Made by a program: the position numbers and the translations under genes. This document shows positions 10,165 to 20,000 of a DNA stretch of 59,106 nt, one piece after another. Numbering within the stretch: position 1 is the stretch's first letter; each line of letters begins with the position of its first letter. Under the pieces are notes generated by a model. It did not search any database. It was not told the DNA's origin and was given only the letters and a program-made list of their open reading frames with translations. The DNA lies in NCBI GenBank assembly GCA_900549865.1, contig URPU01000001.1, positions 1 to 59,106 on the forward strand, in the 5' to 3' direction. This stretch comes from an uncultured Eubacteriales bacterium. Lineage in GTDB: Bacteria > Bacillota > Clostridia > Oscillospirales > Oscillospiraceae.

Positions 10165-11192
10165 TGGGAAAAGATATTTTATCCATGCTCCCGCAGGAGA
10201 TAGAAGGCGAGCTTGCCGCACTTGGAGAGCCGAAGTACCGCGCAAAGCAGATATTCGACTGGTTAAGCCGCGGCGTAAGGGATTTTGATGAGATGACCAA
10301 CCTGCCGAAGGCTTTGAAGGAAAAGCTCAAGGCGGAGTACACGCTTTATAGGCCAAAGGTGCTTTCAAAGCAGGTCTCAAAGCTGGACGGGACCATCAAA
10401 TATCTGTGGGAGCTGTACGACGGCAACGCCGTGGAAACGGTCGTGATGAGCTATAAGCACGGGAATACCGTGTGTGTGTCCTCGCAGGTCGGCTGCCGGC
10501 AGGGCTGCGCATTCTGCGCCTCCACGATAGGCGGCCTTGTGCGCTGTCTTGAGCCGTCTGAAATACTTGATGAGGTGCTGTTTTCACAGCTTGACTCTGG
10601 CAAGCCCATTTCAAATATAGTGCTCATGGGCATCGGAGAGCCGCTGGACAATTTCGATAACGTCATGCGCTTTCTGGAGCTTGTGAATCACCCTGACGGG
10701 ATGAATATCGGCATGCGCCACATTTCTCTTTCGACCTGTGGCATTACTGAGCGCTTTGATGAGCTTGCGGAAAGGAATCTCCAGATAACGCTTTCCGTCT
10801 CGCTGCACGCGCCGGATGACGAAACGCGCTCCCGCCTGATGCCGGCGAACCGCGGGCGCGGCGTGGAGCAGCTTATGGATTCCTGCCGCCGGTATTATCA
10901 GAAAACGGGGCGCAGGATATCGTTTGAATATGCCATGATAGACGGCGTGAACGACACGGAGAAGCACGCGCATCTTCTTGCGCAGCGTGCGAAAAGCGTC
11001 GGCGCGCACGTCAATCTCATCCCGCTCAACCACGTTGAGGAGCGGCAGTTCAGGCCGTCCACCGCGGGGCATATGAAGGCGTTTATAAAAATACTTGAGG
11101 ACGCGGGCGTAAATGTTACTGTGCGGCGCAAGCTCGGCGGAGACGTCGATGCGTCCTGCGGCCAGCTCAGGCGCAAAATGCAGAAAAACTGA
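10164..11192 (+). CDS. rlmN: 23S rRNA/tRNA (adenine-C2)-methyltransferase RlmN (radical SAM)
   Basis: CVSSQVGCRQGCAFCAS radical-SAM cluster, GIGEPLDN, C-terminal CGQL. Confidence 0.9.
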   Translation: MGKDILSMLPQEIEGELAALGEPKYRAKQIFDWLSRGVRDFDEMTNLPKALKEKLKAEYTLYRPKVLSKQVSKLDGTIKYLWELYDGNAVETVVMSYKHGNTVCVSSQVGCRQGCAFCASTIGGLVRCLEPSEILDEVLFSQLDSGKPISNIVLMGIGEPLDNFDNVMRFLELVNHPDGMNIGMRHISLSTCGITERFDELAERNLQITLSVSLHAPDDETRSRLMPANRGRGVEQLMDSCRRYYQKTGRRISFEYAMIDGVNDTEKHAHLLAQRAKSVGAHVNLIPLNHVEERQFRPSTAGHMKAFIKILEDAGVNVTVRRKLGGDVDASCGQLRRKMQKN

Positions 11193-11227
11193 CACCCTAT
11201 GCCGCGCGGCGGCAGAATTGAGGAAAG

Positions 11228-11974
11228 ATGAAAAGCTTCGGATTGACTGACAAAGGCGCAGTCAGAAAAGACAATCAGGACAGCTACATAATCGAAAAGT
11301 GCGAGGCGAAAGACTGCCTGATCGTCGCCCTGTGCGACGGTATGGGCGGGGCCAAGGCCGGCGGGCTTGCGAGCCAGCTTTCCAACAAGGCGTTCGTGTC
11401 GTATATCTACGCAAAGCTCACCTCCCGCGTCAACCGCGCCATTGACTTCCGGCAGATGCTGCTGGATGCCTGCGCGGAGGCAAACGGCGTGGCGTATGAG
11501 TATTCGCAGTTCGACGAGGCGTATAACGGCATGGGTACGACGATCGTTGGCGGTGTGATAAAGAGCGGCGGCAGCGGTTATATTATTAATGTCGGCGACA
11601 GCCGCGCATACTATATCTCACGGAAAAACGACGCCATAACCCAGATAACAAGGGACCATTCTCTTGTGGAGGAGCTTGTGGAGTTCGGCGCTATCACAAA
11701 GGAGCAGGCGCGCGTTCATCCGCAGCGCAACGTGATAACGCGCGCGCTCGGCTCAGAGGCCAGCGTGGATGCGGATTATTACGATTTCAGCCTGCAAAAC
11801 GGGGATTTCCTGCTCATGTGTTCAGACGGGCTTTCCAATATGGTCTCAGATCTGGAAATGCTGGAGTATGCAAAGGAGTATCCCGAGCCGGAGCTGCTGT
11901 GCCGGGCGCTGATGAGCAAGGCGCTAAAGCGTGGGGCGAAGGACAATGTCACGGTTCTGGCTGTGATGAAGTAG
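11228..11974 (+). CDS. stp: PP2C-family Ser/Thr phosphatase (Stp/PrpC)
   Basis: RKDNQDS, DGMGG, GDSRAY and SDGL motifs. Lies upstream of prkC. Confidence 0.85.
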   Translation: MKSFGLTDKGAVRKDNQDSYIIEKCEAKDCLIVALCDGMGGAKAGGLASQLSNKAFVSYIYAKLTSRVNRAIDFRQMLLDACAEANGVAYEYSQFDEAYNGMGTTIVGGVIKSGGSGYIINVGDSRAYYISRKNDAITQITRDHSLVEELVEFGAITKEQARVHPQRNVITRALGSEASVDADYYDFSLQNGDFLLMCSDGLSNMVSDLEMLEYAKEYPEPELLCRALMSKALKRGAKDNVTVLAVMK

Positions 11975-11984
11975 GAGACTGCTT

Positions 11985-13655
11985 ATGGAAAATGAAAAGA
12001 ACTATATCGGCGTTCTGCTGGACGACAGATACGAGATCCTTGAAAAAATAGGCGAGGGCGGAATGGCCGTCGTCTACAAGGCGTTCTGTCACCGGCTCAG
12101 CCGTTTTGTGGCCGTGAAGATAATGCGCGAGGAGATGGCCGCCGACGAGGAGTTCAAGCGCCGCTTCTGCGCCGAATCGCACGCTATCGCCATGCTCTCG
12201 CATCCGAATATAGTCGCCGTGTATGACGTCAGCCACAGCGACGATGTCGAATACATAGTCATGGAACTTGTAGACGGCATCACGCTCAAGCAGTATATGG
12301 ACAAGCGCGGCGCGATAAGCTGGAAGGAAGCGCTGCATTTTACAAAGCAGATAACAAAGGCGCTTGCCCATGCGCACAGCCGCGGCATAATCCACCGCGA
12401 CATTAAGCCGCAGAATATCATGCTCCTCAAGGACGGCACCATAAAGGTCGCCGACTTCGGCATTGCGGCGCTGGAGAACGAGATGCAGGAAAGCGGACAG
12501 GCGGTTGGCTCCATCCACTACATCGCGCCGGAGCAGGCGCGCGGGGAGAACCCCGACGCCCGCAGTGATATATACTCGCTTGGCATCGTGATGTATGAGA
12601 TGCTGACGGGGCGCAAGCCGTATACCGGAGAGACCATCGGCGAGATCGCAGTAAAGCATATGAGCTCGCTTCCCACCATGCCGTCGGATATTGTGCCGGA
12701 CATCCCGCCGGAGCTTGAGCGCATCACGCTCAAGGCGATGAGCTGCCCGATAAACAAGCGCTATCAGTCCGCAAATGAGCTCCTTGACGATCTGGACAAG
12801 TTCACACAGGCGCAGATTGTGCAGGAGAAAAAGCCGGAGTATGAAAACCCGGCCGTCGCCCCTGTGCGCTCGGTGAGTGAAATGTCAAGGGAAAAGTACA
12901 GCCTGCGCAGGAAGCGTTCGGGCACGGTCGCCTATATGACGGGCGTCCTCGGCGGGCTGGTGCTTATCTTGGCGCTGTTCGTTTTCCTGTGGAACTTCTG
13001 GCTGCGGGATGTGTTCTCCCCGGCGGAGAGGATAGCCCTGCCGAATTTCGTCGGCAGCAATTATGAGTCCGTCGTCAATAACGCCGAGCTTGCCGGCACG
13101 TATAATTTCAAGGTCACATATATAATAGACACGAACGCGGAAAGCGGAAAAATACTCAGCCAGAACCCGGAGCCGGGGCGCAGCATGATGATCACGCCGG
13201 ACGGCATCGCGGTGGAGCTTTCCGTCAGCACCGGCGTCGTTCTCACGCCCGTGCCGGACGTGACCAATATGGACTACCGCGAAGCGACGCTTGAGCTTCA
13301 GCGCGCGGGCTTCGCCGTGGAGGTGGAGAACTCTACCTCTGACAGCGTCTCCAAGGACTGCGTCATCAGCACCAGCCCCGCTGCAAATGAGCAGATAAGC
13401 GCCGGGTCAACGGTCTATCTCGTCGTCAGCAGCGGCCAGCAGGTCTCTTATACGACGATGCCGAACTTTGTCGGCCTGACGGAAGAGGCGGCGATAAATA
13501 AGATAGCAAACTCCGGCCTGACCTATGGCGGCTCTGAGCAGGTCTCCAGCGATTACGACGCGGGCACGGTCATCGGCCAGTCTCCTGCGGCGTTTCAGGA
13601 GGTCGAGGAGCACGGGAAGGTCACGCTTCGCGTTTCCACGGGGCCGTGGGGGTGA
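11985..13655 (+). CDS. prkC: Ser/Thr protein kinase PrkC with three C-terminal PASTA repeats
   Basis: Kinase motifs GEGGMAVVYKA, HRDIKPQN, DFGIA, APEQ; one TM helix; three PASTA-like units (LPNFVG, VPDVTN, MPNFVG). Confidence 0.85.
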   Translation: MENEKNYIGVLLDDRYEILEKIGEGGMAVVYKAFCHRLSRFVAVKIMREEMAADEEFKRRFCAESHAIAMLSHPNIVAVYDVSHSDDVEYIVMELVDGITLKQYMDKRGAISWKEALHFTKQITKALAHAHSRGIIHRDIKPQNIMLLKDGTIKVADFGIAALENEMQESGQAVGSIHYIAPEQARGENPDARSDIYSLGIVMYEMLTGRKPYTGETIGEIAVKHMSSLPTMPSDIVPDIPPELERITLKAMSCPINKRYQSANELLDDLDKFTQAQIVQEKKPEYENPAVAPVRSVSEMSREKYSLRRKRSGTVAYMTGVLGGLVLILALFVFLWNFWLRDVFSPAERIALPNFVGSNYESVVNNAELAGTYNFKVTYIIDTNAESGKILSQNPEPGRSMMITPDGIAVELSVSTGVVLTPVPDVTNMDYREATLELQRAGFAVEVENSTSDSVSKDCVISTSPAANEQISAGSTVYLVVSSGQQVSYTTMPNFVGLTEEAAINKIANSGLTYGGSEQVSSDYDAGTVIGQSPAAFQEVEEHGKVTLRVSTGPWG

Positions 13656-13658
13656 CGG

Positions 13659-14546
13659 ATGGCAGAAGGAGTTATCGTAAAGGCACTCAGCGGCTTTTAT
13701 TATGTGCAGACGGATGAAAGGCTGCTTGAATGCAAGGCAAGAGGGCGCTTTCGCCTCGACGGAACGTCTCCGCTCGTCGGGGACAGGGTGGAATGCAGCC
13801 TCGACGCGCACGGGAAGGGCCGCATAGACCGCGTTTTTGAACGGCGCAATTTCTTTATCCGCCCTGCGGTCGCAAATGTTGACGCGCTTGTGTTCGTCGC
13901 AGCGAATACGAACCCCGTGACGGATCCGTTTTTGATAGACCGCGTGTCCGTCATTGCGGAAAGCGCCGGGTGTGAGCTTATCGTCTGCATCAACAAGACC
14001 GACGTCGATCCGGCCGATGAGCTGTACGGGATATTTACCGCGGCGGGCTTCACCGTTGTGCGCACGAGCGTGCCGGACGGCACCGGGATAGACGCCCTGC
14101 GCCGCGAGATAGCCGGGAAGATATGCGCGTTCACGGGCAACTCCGGCGTCGGCAAGTCCAGCATAATGAACGCCCTGTCGCCGAGCCTGAACATAAAGAC
14201 CGCGGAGGTCAGCGAGAAGCTTGGCCGCGGAAAGCACACCACGCGCCATGTCGAGCTTTTTGACATCGGCGGCGGTACATATGCCGCGGACACGCCGGGC
14301 TTTGCGTCATTCGATATCGAAATGATGGAGATAATACCGAAGGAGCAGCTTCAATTCGACTTCGTCGAATTCGCCCCTTACATCGGCCAGTGCCGCTTCA
14401 ATAACTGCGCGCACTTGAAGGAACCCGGCTGCGCCGTCACTCAGGCCGTGGCGGACGGAAAAATAATGCCAAGCCGCTACCGCTCGTATGAGCGGCTGTA
14501 CGCCCTCAGTGCGCAGCACAAATCATGGGAAAATAAAACCGTCTGA
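13659..14546 (+). CDS. rsgA: Ribosome small-subunit-dependent GTPase A
   Basis: Circularly permuted GTPase: NKTD then GNSGVGKSS, DTPG. C-terminal zinc knuckle CRFNNCAHLKEPGC. Confidence 0.9.
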   Translation: MAEGVIVKALSGFYYVQTDERLLECKARGRFRLDGTSPLVGDRVECSLDAHGKGRIDRVFERRNFFIRPAVANVDALVFVAANTNPVTDPFLIDRVSVIAESAGCELIVCINKTDVDPADELYGIFTAAGFTVVRTSVPDGTGIDALRREIAGKICAFTGNSGVGKSSIMNALSPSLNIKTAEVSEKLGRGKHTTRHVELFDIGGGTYAADTPGFASFDIEMMEIIPKEQLQFDFVEFAPYIGQCRFNNCAHLKEPGCAVTQAVADGKIMPSRYRSYERLYALSAQHKSWENKTV

Positions 14547-14563
14547 AAATTTAACATTATTTG

Positions 14564-14615
14564 ACCGCCTTTCGCGTATGATGGAGAGAACCAGTATGAC
14601 GCGGGAGGCGGTTTT
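14564..14615 (+). terminator. Hairpin plus short T-run after rsgA (candidate terminator)
   Basis: ACCGCCTTTCGCGT ... ACGCGGGAGGCGGT forms a 14-bp stem with two G-U pairs and a 21-nt loop, followed by TTTG. Confidence 0.45.
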
Positions 14616-14632
14616 GTGCGCAGGAGGGGCGG

Positions 14633-14764
14633 TATGTGCGGCTTTGCGGCGATCATGGCGGGATGCGTCATCATCCTTGCGCTGATCCTGCCAAGTCAGG
14701 TGTGGTGGTTTTTGCTTGCGGCGGCGCTCATCTGCTTCGGGCTATGGTATATCCGCAGGTGCTG
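14633..14764 (+). CDS. Candidate 43-aa hydrophobic micro-protein (below the ORF-track cutoff)
   Basis: AGGAGG 6 nt upstream of the ATG. Translation MCGFAAIMAGCVIILALILPSQVWWFLLAAALICFGLWYIRRC gives two predicted TM segments. Confidence 0.3.
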
Positions 14765-14853
14765 ACATGAAAGGGGCGACAGGCTGTGAAAATTTATATT
14801 ATAAAGCTGCCAAAATTTCTGGCAAATCTGATACGCAAGCTTTCCGACAGGTG

Positions 14854-14880
14854 ATATTATCCGGGCACGGCGCATATGTT
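14854..14880 (+). promoter_or_regulatory. Sigma-E-like sporulation promoter upstream of the DUF3794/LysM gene
   Basis: ATATT-14 nt-CATATGTT compared with the Bacillus sigma-E consensus kmATATT-14-CATACAnT. Lies 31 nt upstream of the ATG. Confidence 0.35.
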
Positions 14881-14910
14881 GTACAAACTGTGCAATAAGG
14901 AGCGGATAAA

Positions 14911-16413
14911 ATGGAAATAAGCTTTGAAAATAGAGTGATTTCGACCTATCGGGAAATATCGCACCAGACGAAAAGAATACAGGAGACGGCGGAAAGCGTT
15001 GTGCCCGACACGAATGACGATATCGGCAAGATCGCCTCCGTGCAGACGGCCGTATTCATGAAAAGCAAGGACGTGACAGGCAGGGGAGTGCTTGTCACCG
15101 GAGAGCTGACCGCCTCGCTGATATATATAACGGAGGGGGAGAAAAGCGTTTCGTATGTCCGGGTCTCGAAATCGTTCTCGTTTGAATACGACATTGCCGA
15201 CGCGGATGCAAACGCGCTTGCGCAGGTCAGTCTCAGCATCCAGAACAGCGAGGCGCGCATTCTGAATCCGCGGAAGGTCTCCGTCACGTTTGAGCTTGTG
15301 GGGGAGATGAGCTGCTACCGGCAGGAGGACGTTATCGCGGAGACGCAGCTTTCTAGCACCGCGCCGGAAGGACTGCACGCGAAGAGCGAAAATGTTGAGC
15401 TTGTCACGGCAAACGGCGTCATGGAAAAGACCTTCGCCATAAACGAGCAGTTCGTTTTTCCCGGCGGAAAGCCAAAACCGGCGCAGCTTGTGACACAGAA
15501 TGTGGATTTCGCCGTCAACGACGCGCAGCTTATCGGCACGAAGCTTATCGTAAAGGGCACTGTCGCCATCACGGTGTGCTATCTCTCAAATGAGGTCAAC
15601 TACCCCGTGCGCGCGGAGTTCTCCACACCGTTTTCACAGATAATCGACACCGGAGAGGACAAAATGGATCACTGCCGCGTCATGATAGAGCTGACATCCT
15701 GCTATTGCGACATCGCGGACACCATTAACGGGGAAAAGGCGCTTGATGCGGAGATACACGCCGTTCTGCAGGTCGTGTGTCACTGCAAGGAAAACATATG
15801 CTATATATCTGATGTGTACAGCAATCTCATGCCTGCAGAGTTCGACGTGCAGACAAAGCAGCTTTGCACCGCGTCGGCCGTGCAGACGGCCAAAATGAGC
15901 GCGGATGAGCGCGTGAACGTTGTCGAGGACTGCGCGGATGTGCTAAGCGTATTTTCCTCCGTGTCGCAGATAGCGATGCTGCCAGATAAGATGTCCGCCG
16001 CAGTGACTCTGGATATAATATACCGCACGACGGGCGGCACGCTTTCCGCCGTGCGCCGGCTTATAAGCGTGGAGAATCAGTCGGGCGCGGCGCAGGCGCG
16101 GCTTACCGGCGCGCGTCTGGCAGACGCATATCTCCGGCCTGACGGTGCGTTTATTGATGCGCATATGTCGGTCGAGGTAAGCTATCAGCTCACGTCCGCC
16201 GTTGATATCCGGCGCGTTGAAAGCGTGACGCTTGACGATGCCGCGCCCTATGACGTGGGGCAGTTCCCGGCAGTGACGCTTGTGCGCGTTGAAAACGAGA
16301 GCCTGTGGGAGCTTGCGAAAACGTATCATTCCAGCATAGAATGCATAAAAGCGTCCAACGTGCTGGATGATGCGCCGCCGGAAAAATTGCTGCTGATACC
16401 AAAGTCGGTGTAA
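14911..16413 (+). CDS. DUF3794-repeat protein with C-terminal LysM domain (SipL-like spore morphogenetic protein)
   Basis: 500 aa. C-terminal LysM VTLVRVENESLWELAKTYHSSIECIKASNVL...LLLIP. Size and architecture match clostridial SipL. RBS AAGGAG. Confidence 0.6.
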   Translation: MEISFENRVISTYREISHQTKRIQETAESVVPDTNDDIGKIASVQTAVFMKSKDVTGRGVLVTGELTASLIYITEGEKSVSYVRVSKSFSFEYDIADADANALAQVSLSIQNSEARILNPRKVSVTFELVGEMSCYRQEDVIAETQLSSTAPEGLHAKSENVELVTANGVMEKTFAINEQFVFPGGKPKPAQLVTQNVDFAVNDAQLIGTKLIVKGTVAITVCYLSNEVNYPVRAEFSTPFSQIIDTGEDKMDHCRVMIELTSCYCDIADTINGEKALDAEIHAVLQVVCHCKENICYISDVYSNLMPAEFDVQTKQLCTASAVQTAKMSADERVNVVEDCADVLSVFSSVSQIAMLPDKMSAAVTLDIIYRTTGGTLSAVRRLISVENQSGAAQARLTGARLADAYLRPDGAFIDAHMSVEVSYQLTSAVDIRRVESVTLDDAAPYDVGQFPAVTLVRVENESLWELAKTYHSSIECIKASNVLDDAPPEKLLLIPKSV

Positions 16414-16428
16414 TATGCAAATTTACCC

Positions 16429-16457
16429 TTGTAAAGCTTGCTCTTGTGTGATAAAAT
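16429..16457 (+). promoter_or_regulatory. Sigma-A-type promoter for yebC
   Basis: TTGTAA-17 nt-TAAAAT with an extended -10 TG (tgaTAAAAT). Confidence 0.45.
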
Positions 16458-16507
16458 ATTTGCCGTAAATTCTGCCGATATTTTTATACACAAGAGGAGC
16501 TGTTAGT

Positions 16508-17248
16508 ATGTCAGGTCATTCCAAGTGGCACAATATACAGAAAACCAAGGGTGCGGCGGACGCGAAGCGCGCGCAGGCTTTCACGAAGATCGCCAGAGAA
16601 ATGGTGGTCGCGGTCAAGGAAGGCGGCGGCGGTGATCCGCGCAGCAATTCCAAGCTTGCCGCAGTTATCGCAAAGGCCAAGGCCGCGAATATGCCCAATG
16701 ACAATATCAAGCGCACTATAGACAAGGCGCTCGGCTCGGGCAACACCGAAAATTATGAGAAGATAACCTACGAAGGCTACGGCCCGCAGGGCGTCGCCGT
16801 CATAGTTGAGACCATGACCGACAACCGCAACCGCACCGCCGGTGAAATGCGCCACTACTTCGACAAGTACGGCGGGAACATGGGCGCGGCGAACTGCGTG
16901 TCCTGGTCCTTCGATAAAAAGGGCGTCATTGTCATTGACAATGAGGACGAGGAGCTTGATGAGGACACCGTCATGATGGACGCGCTTGAGGCCGGTGCTG
17001 CCGACTTTGAGGCCGACGGCGAGGTCATGAACGTCTACACCGCCGAGGACGCCGTTGCCGCGGTCGCCGACGCGCTCACCTCCGCCGGGTATAAGCTTCT
17101 TTCCGCACAGGTCGAAATGATCCCCCAGAACGGCTATATCAAGCTGACCAATGAGGACGATATCAAGAACATGCAGAAGATGCTCGACATGTTTGAGGAT
17201 AACGACGATGTCCAGAACGTCTGGCATAACTGGGAAGACGCGGAGTAA
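16508..17248 (+). CDS. yebC: YebC/PmpR-family DNA-binding transcriptional regulator
   Basis: MSGHSKWHNIQ..., YEGYGP, whole-length family pattern. Confidence 0.9.
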   Translation: MSGHSKWHNIQKTKGAADAKRAQAFTKIAREMVVAVKEGGGGDPRSNSKLAAVIAKAKAANMPNDNIKRTIDKALGSGNTENYEKITYEGYGPQGVAVIVETMTDNRNRTAGEMRHYFDKYGGNMGAANCVSWSFDKKGVIVIDNEDEELDEDTVMMDALEAGAADFEADGEVMNVYTAEDAVAAVADALTSAGYKLLSAQVEMIPQNGYIKLTNEDDIKNMQKMLDMFEDNDDVQNVWHNWEDAE

Positions 17249-17309
17249 GCATTTACGAAGCGGAAATAAGCGCAAGGCCCAATTTCTTGTTTTTTGATAT
17301 TATTGCATT

Positions 17310-17345
17310 AAACCTCCTGCTGTTTTACACAACAGGAGGTTTCTG
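17310..17345 (+). terminator. Hairpin downstream of yebC (candidate terminator)
   Basis: AAACCTCCTG ... CAGGAGGTTT 10-bp stem followed by TCT; the T-run is weak. Confidence 0.45.
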
Positions 17346-17381
17346 CGCCGTGTAATATTTCCGCCTTTCGCAAGTCTCGAC

Positions 17382-17411
17382 TTGACATTGCGCGCGGTAA
17401 TAAGTTAAAAT
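17382..17411 (+). promoter_or_regulatory. Sigma-A-type promoter for the 72-aa ORF
   Basis: TTGACA-17/18 nt-TTAAAAT. Confidence 0.4.
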
Positions 17412-17453
17412 AAACACATCCATCCGCACAAAGAATTTGAAGGGAGTTACACA

Positions 17454-17672
17454 ATGGAATTCAGAAACATCACCGTCAAAGAGCTTTTTGACAACGAAGA
17501 GACTGCCGCCGTTATAAAGGAGCTGGCCCCGCAGCTTCTCAAGTACCCCATCAAGCTCATGAACAAGAAGAAATGCGGCGAGATATTCGACAAGGTCGTT
17601 GCCGCCGGTATCGTGCCCGAGAATATCGCAAAGCAGGCCGAGGCGAAGATCAACGAGATACTCGCAAAATAA
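17454..17672 (+). CDS. Hypothetical 72-aa protein (no family recognised)
   Basis: GGGAG RBS, own promoter and terminator, non-repetitive helical-looking sequence. Confidence 0.5.
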   Translation: MEFRNITVKELFDNEETAAVIKELAPQLLKYPIKLMNKKKCGEIFDKVVAAGIVPENIAKQAEAKINEILAK

Positions 17673-17692
17673 GCTGACAGCGAAAAACGCCT

Positions 17693-17723
17693 GAGGGCGC
17701 GCAGCGATGCGCGCTCTCTTTTA
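17693..17723 (+). terminator. Rho-independent terminator after the 72-aa ORF
   Basis: GAGGGCGCGCA-gcga-TGCGCGCTCTC followed by TTTTAT. Confidence 0.6.
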
Positions 17724-17773
17724 TGTTGCCATTAAGCGAAAAATGTGCTAAAATTCATACAGGATGTGATCTG

Positions 17774-18286
17774 ATGCGTATTCTGGGCATAGACCCCGGT
17801 ATCGCCACTATCGGCTTCGGCGTTATCGATTTTTCTGGCAGGGAGTATAAGCTCGTCAACTGCGGCGTTATCACAACGCCGGCGCACACTATGCTTTCCG
17901 CCCGGCTTGAGCAGATATATGACGATATGTGCCAGCTTCTGGAGCTTTTCAAGCCGGATGCCGTGTCTATCGAGGAGCTTTTTTTCAACACGAATATTAC
18001 GACCGGCATTGCCGTGGCGCACGGGAGGGGAGTGCTCCTTCTGGCGTGCAGAAAGGCCGGCGTCGCAATATATGAATATACGCCGCTTCAGGTCAAGCAG
18101 GCCGTTGTCGGATATGGCCGGGCGGAGAAGAATCAGGTGATGGACATGGTCAGGCGCATATGCGCCCTGCCGTCGCCGCCGAAGCCCGACGACGCGGCAG
18201 ACGCCGTGGCGCTGGCGCTGTGCCATGCGCGCAGCTCCACTTCACTTTTATATAAGGGAGACAGGGAAGAATGTTCTACCACATAG
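17774..18286 (+). CDS. ruvC: Crossover junction endodeoxyribonuclease RuvC
   Basis: MRILGIDPG..., EELFFN, ADAVALA. The ORF-track start at 17723 sits in the preceding terminator T-run, so 17774 is preferred. Confidence 0.85.
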   Translation: MRILGIDPGIATIGFGVIDFSGREYKLVNCGVITTPAHTMLSARLEQIYDDMCQLLELFKPDAVSIEELFFNTNITTGIAVAHGRGVLLLACRKAGVAIYEYTPLQVKQAVVGYGRAEKNQVMDMVRRICALPSPPKPDDAADAVALALCHARSSTSLLYKGDREECSTT

Positions 18287-18876
18287 AGGGCGTTGTTGTG
18301 GAATTGCAGCCCGGCCTTGCAGTTATTGACTGCGGCGGCATCGGCTTTGCGCTGAATGTTACAGCGGGCACAGTCTCTGCGCTGAAGCTCGGCACGAAGG
18401 CCAAGCTCTACGTCGCGGAGGCAATAGGGGAGAACAACTTTGACCTGTACGGCTTTTCAAACGTGGGTGAAAAGCGCTGCTTTATGATGCTGACCTCCGT
18501 GTCCGGGATAGGGCCGCGGGCCGCGCTGTCCATTCTTTCCTACAACAGTCCGGAGGCGCTGGCGCTGGCGATCATGAACAACGATGAAAAGGCGCTGACG
18601 GTCGCACCGGGCGTCGGGAAGAAGATAGCGCAGCGCGTTATACTTGAGCTTAAGGATAAAATACGCAAGGAAATGGGCGGCGGAGACTACAGCCTCCCGG
18701 CTGCATCCGGTGCATCCCCCGCCGTGCAGGACGGCAGCATCGGCGACGCCATGACGGCGCTGTCCGTGCTTGGGTACAGCGCGGCCGAGGTCACGCCCGT
18801 GATAAAGAAGCTGGACGTCGGCGGGATGTCTGCCGAGCAGATAATCAAGGCCGTTTTGAAGCACATGGTAAAGTAA
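18271..18876 (+). CDS. ruvA: Holliday junction DNA helicase subunit RuvA
   Basis: MFYHIEG..., LYGF, HhH motifs [11 protein letters not shown] and [11 protein letters not shown]. Confidence 0.9.
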   Translation: MFYHIEGVVVELQPGLAVIDCGGIGFALNVTAGTVSALKLGTKAKLYVAEAIGENNFDLYGFSNVGEKRCFMMLTSVSGIGPRAALSILSYNSPEALALAIMNNDEKALTVAPGVGKKIAQRVILELKDKIRKEMGGGDYSLPAASGASPAVQDGSIGDAMTALSVLGYSAAEVTPVIKKLDVGGMSAEQIIKAVLKHMVK

Positions 18877-18889
18877 ACGTGAGGAAAGT

Positions 18890-19930
18890 ATGAGCATCAA
18901 TTTTTCAGCGGACGCCAATGATGAAATGATAACCACCGCGGCAAGCCTCCCGGAGGACAGCGCGGAGGGTTCATTGCGCCCCAGAACTATATCCGAGTAT
19001 ATCGGGCAGGAGAAGGCCAAGGAGAACCTGTACATTTTTATAAACGCGGCAAAGATGCGCAATGAGTCGCTTGACCATGTGCTGCTGCACGGCCCCCCGG
19101 GCCTTGGCAAGACGACGCTTGCCGCGGTGATAGCAAACGAGATGGGCGTGAATATGCGCATCACCTCCGGCCCCGCTATAGAAAAGCCGGGCGACCTTGT
19201 GGCCATGCTGACCAATCTGAACGAAGGGGATATCCTCTTCGTTGATGAGATACACCGCCTCAACCGCGCGTATGAGGAGATACTTTACCCCGCGATGGAG
19301 GATTACGCGATAGATATAATCCTCGGCAAGGGGCCTTCCGCGAATTCCATACACCTTGATCTCCCGCATTTTACGCTAATCGGTGCGACGACGCGTTCCG
19401 GACAGCTCACAGCGCCGCTGCGTGACCGTTTCGGCGTAACGCTTCGGCTTGAGCTTTATTCGCCGGAGGAGCTTATGCGCATCGTCACGCGCTCCGCCGG
19501 GATACTCAATGCGAAGATCGAGCCGCAGGGCGCGTATGAGATCGCTTCCCGCTCCCGCGGCACGCCGCGAATCGCAAACAGGCTTCTCCGCCGCGTGCGC
19601 GATTACGCGCAGGTCATGGCGGACGGCGTCATAACAAAAGAGGTCGCGGACAAGGCGCTGCTCGCCCTTGAGGTGGATAAGCTCGGCCTTGACGCACTGG
19701 ACAGGCGCATGCTTAAAAGCATCATAGACTTTTATAACGGCGGGCCTGTCGGCCTTGAAACCCTTGCCGCGACGATAAATGAGGATTCTGTCACCATTGA
19801 GGACGTGTATGAGCCGTACCTTCTGCAAAATGGCTTCCTCACGCGCACGCCGCGCGGGCGCTGTGTAACGCGGCGCGCATATGAGCATCTGGGGCTGGAA
19901 TACATGGGTCAGCAGCAGATGGATATATGA
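18890..19930 (+). CDS. ruvB: Holliday junction DNA helicase RuvB
   Basis: [44 protein letters not shown]. Confidence 0.95.
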   Translation: MSINFSADANDEMITTAASLPEDSAEGSLRPRTISEYIGQEKAKENLYIFINAAKMRNESLDHVLLHGPPGLGKTTLAAVIANEMGVNMRITSGPAIEKPGDLVAMLTNLNEGDILFVDEIHRLNRAYEEILYPAMEDYAIDIILGKGPSANSIHLDLPHFTLIGATTRSGQLTAPLRDRFGVTLRLELYSPEELMRIVTRSAGILNAKIEPQGAYEIASRSRGTPRIANRLLRRVRDYAQVMADGVITKEVADKALLALEVDKLGLDALDRRMLKSIIDFYNGGPVGLETLAATINEDSVTIEDVYEPYLLQNGFLTRTPRGRCVTRRAYEHLGLEYMGQQQMDI

Positions 19931-19966
19931 CCCCGCCAAATTTTTTGGCTTTTATGCAAAAAAATG

Positions 19967-19994
19967 TTGACTTTGCGGCGGACTGTTGTATAAT
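19967..19994 (+). promoter_or_regulatory. Sigma-A-type promoter directly after ruvB
   Basis: TTGACT-16 nt-TATAAT. Confidence 0.55.
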
Positions 19995-20000
19995 ATATCT

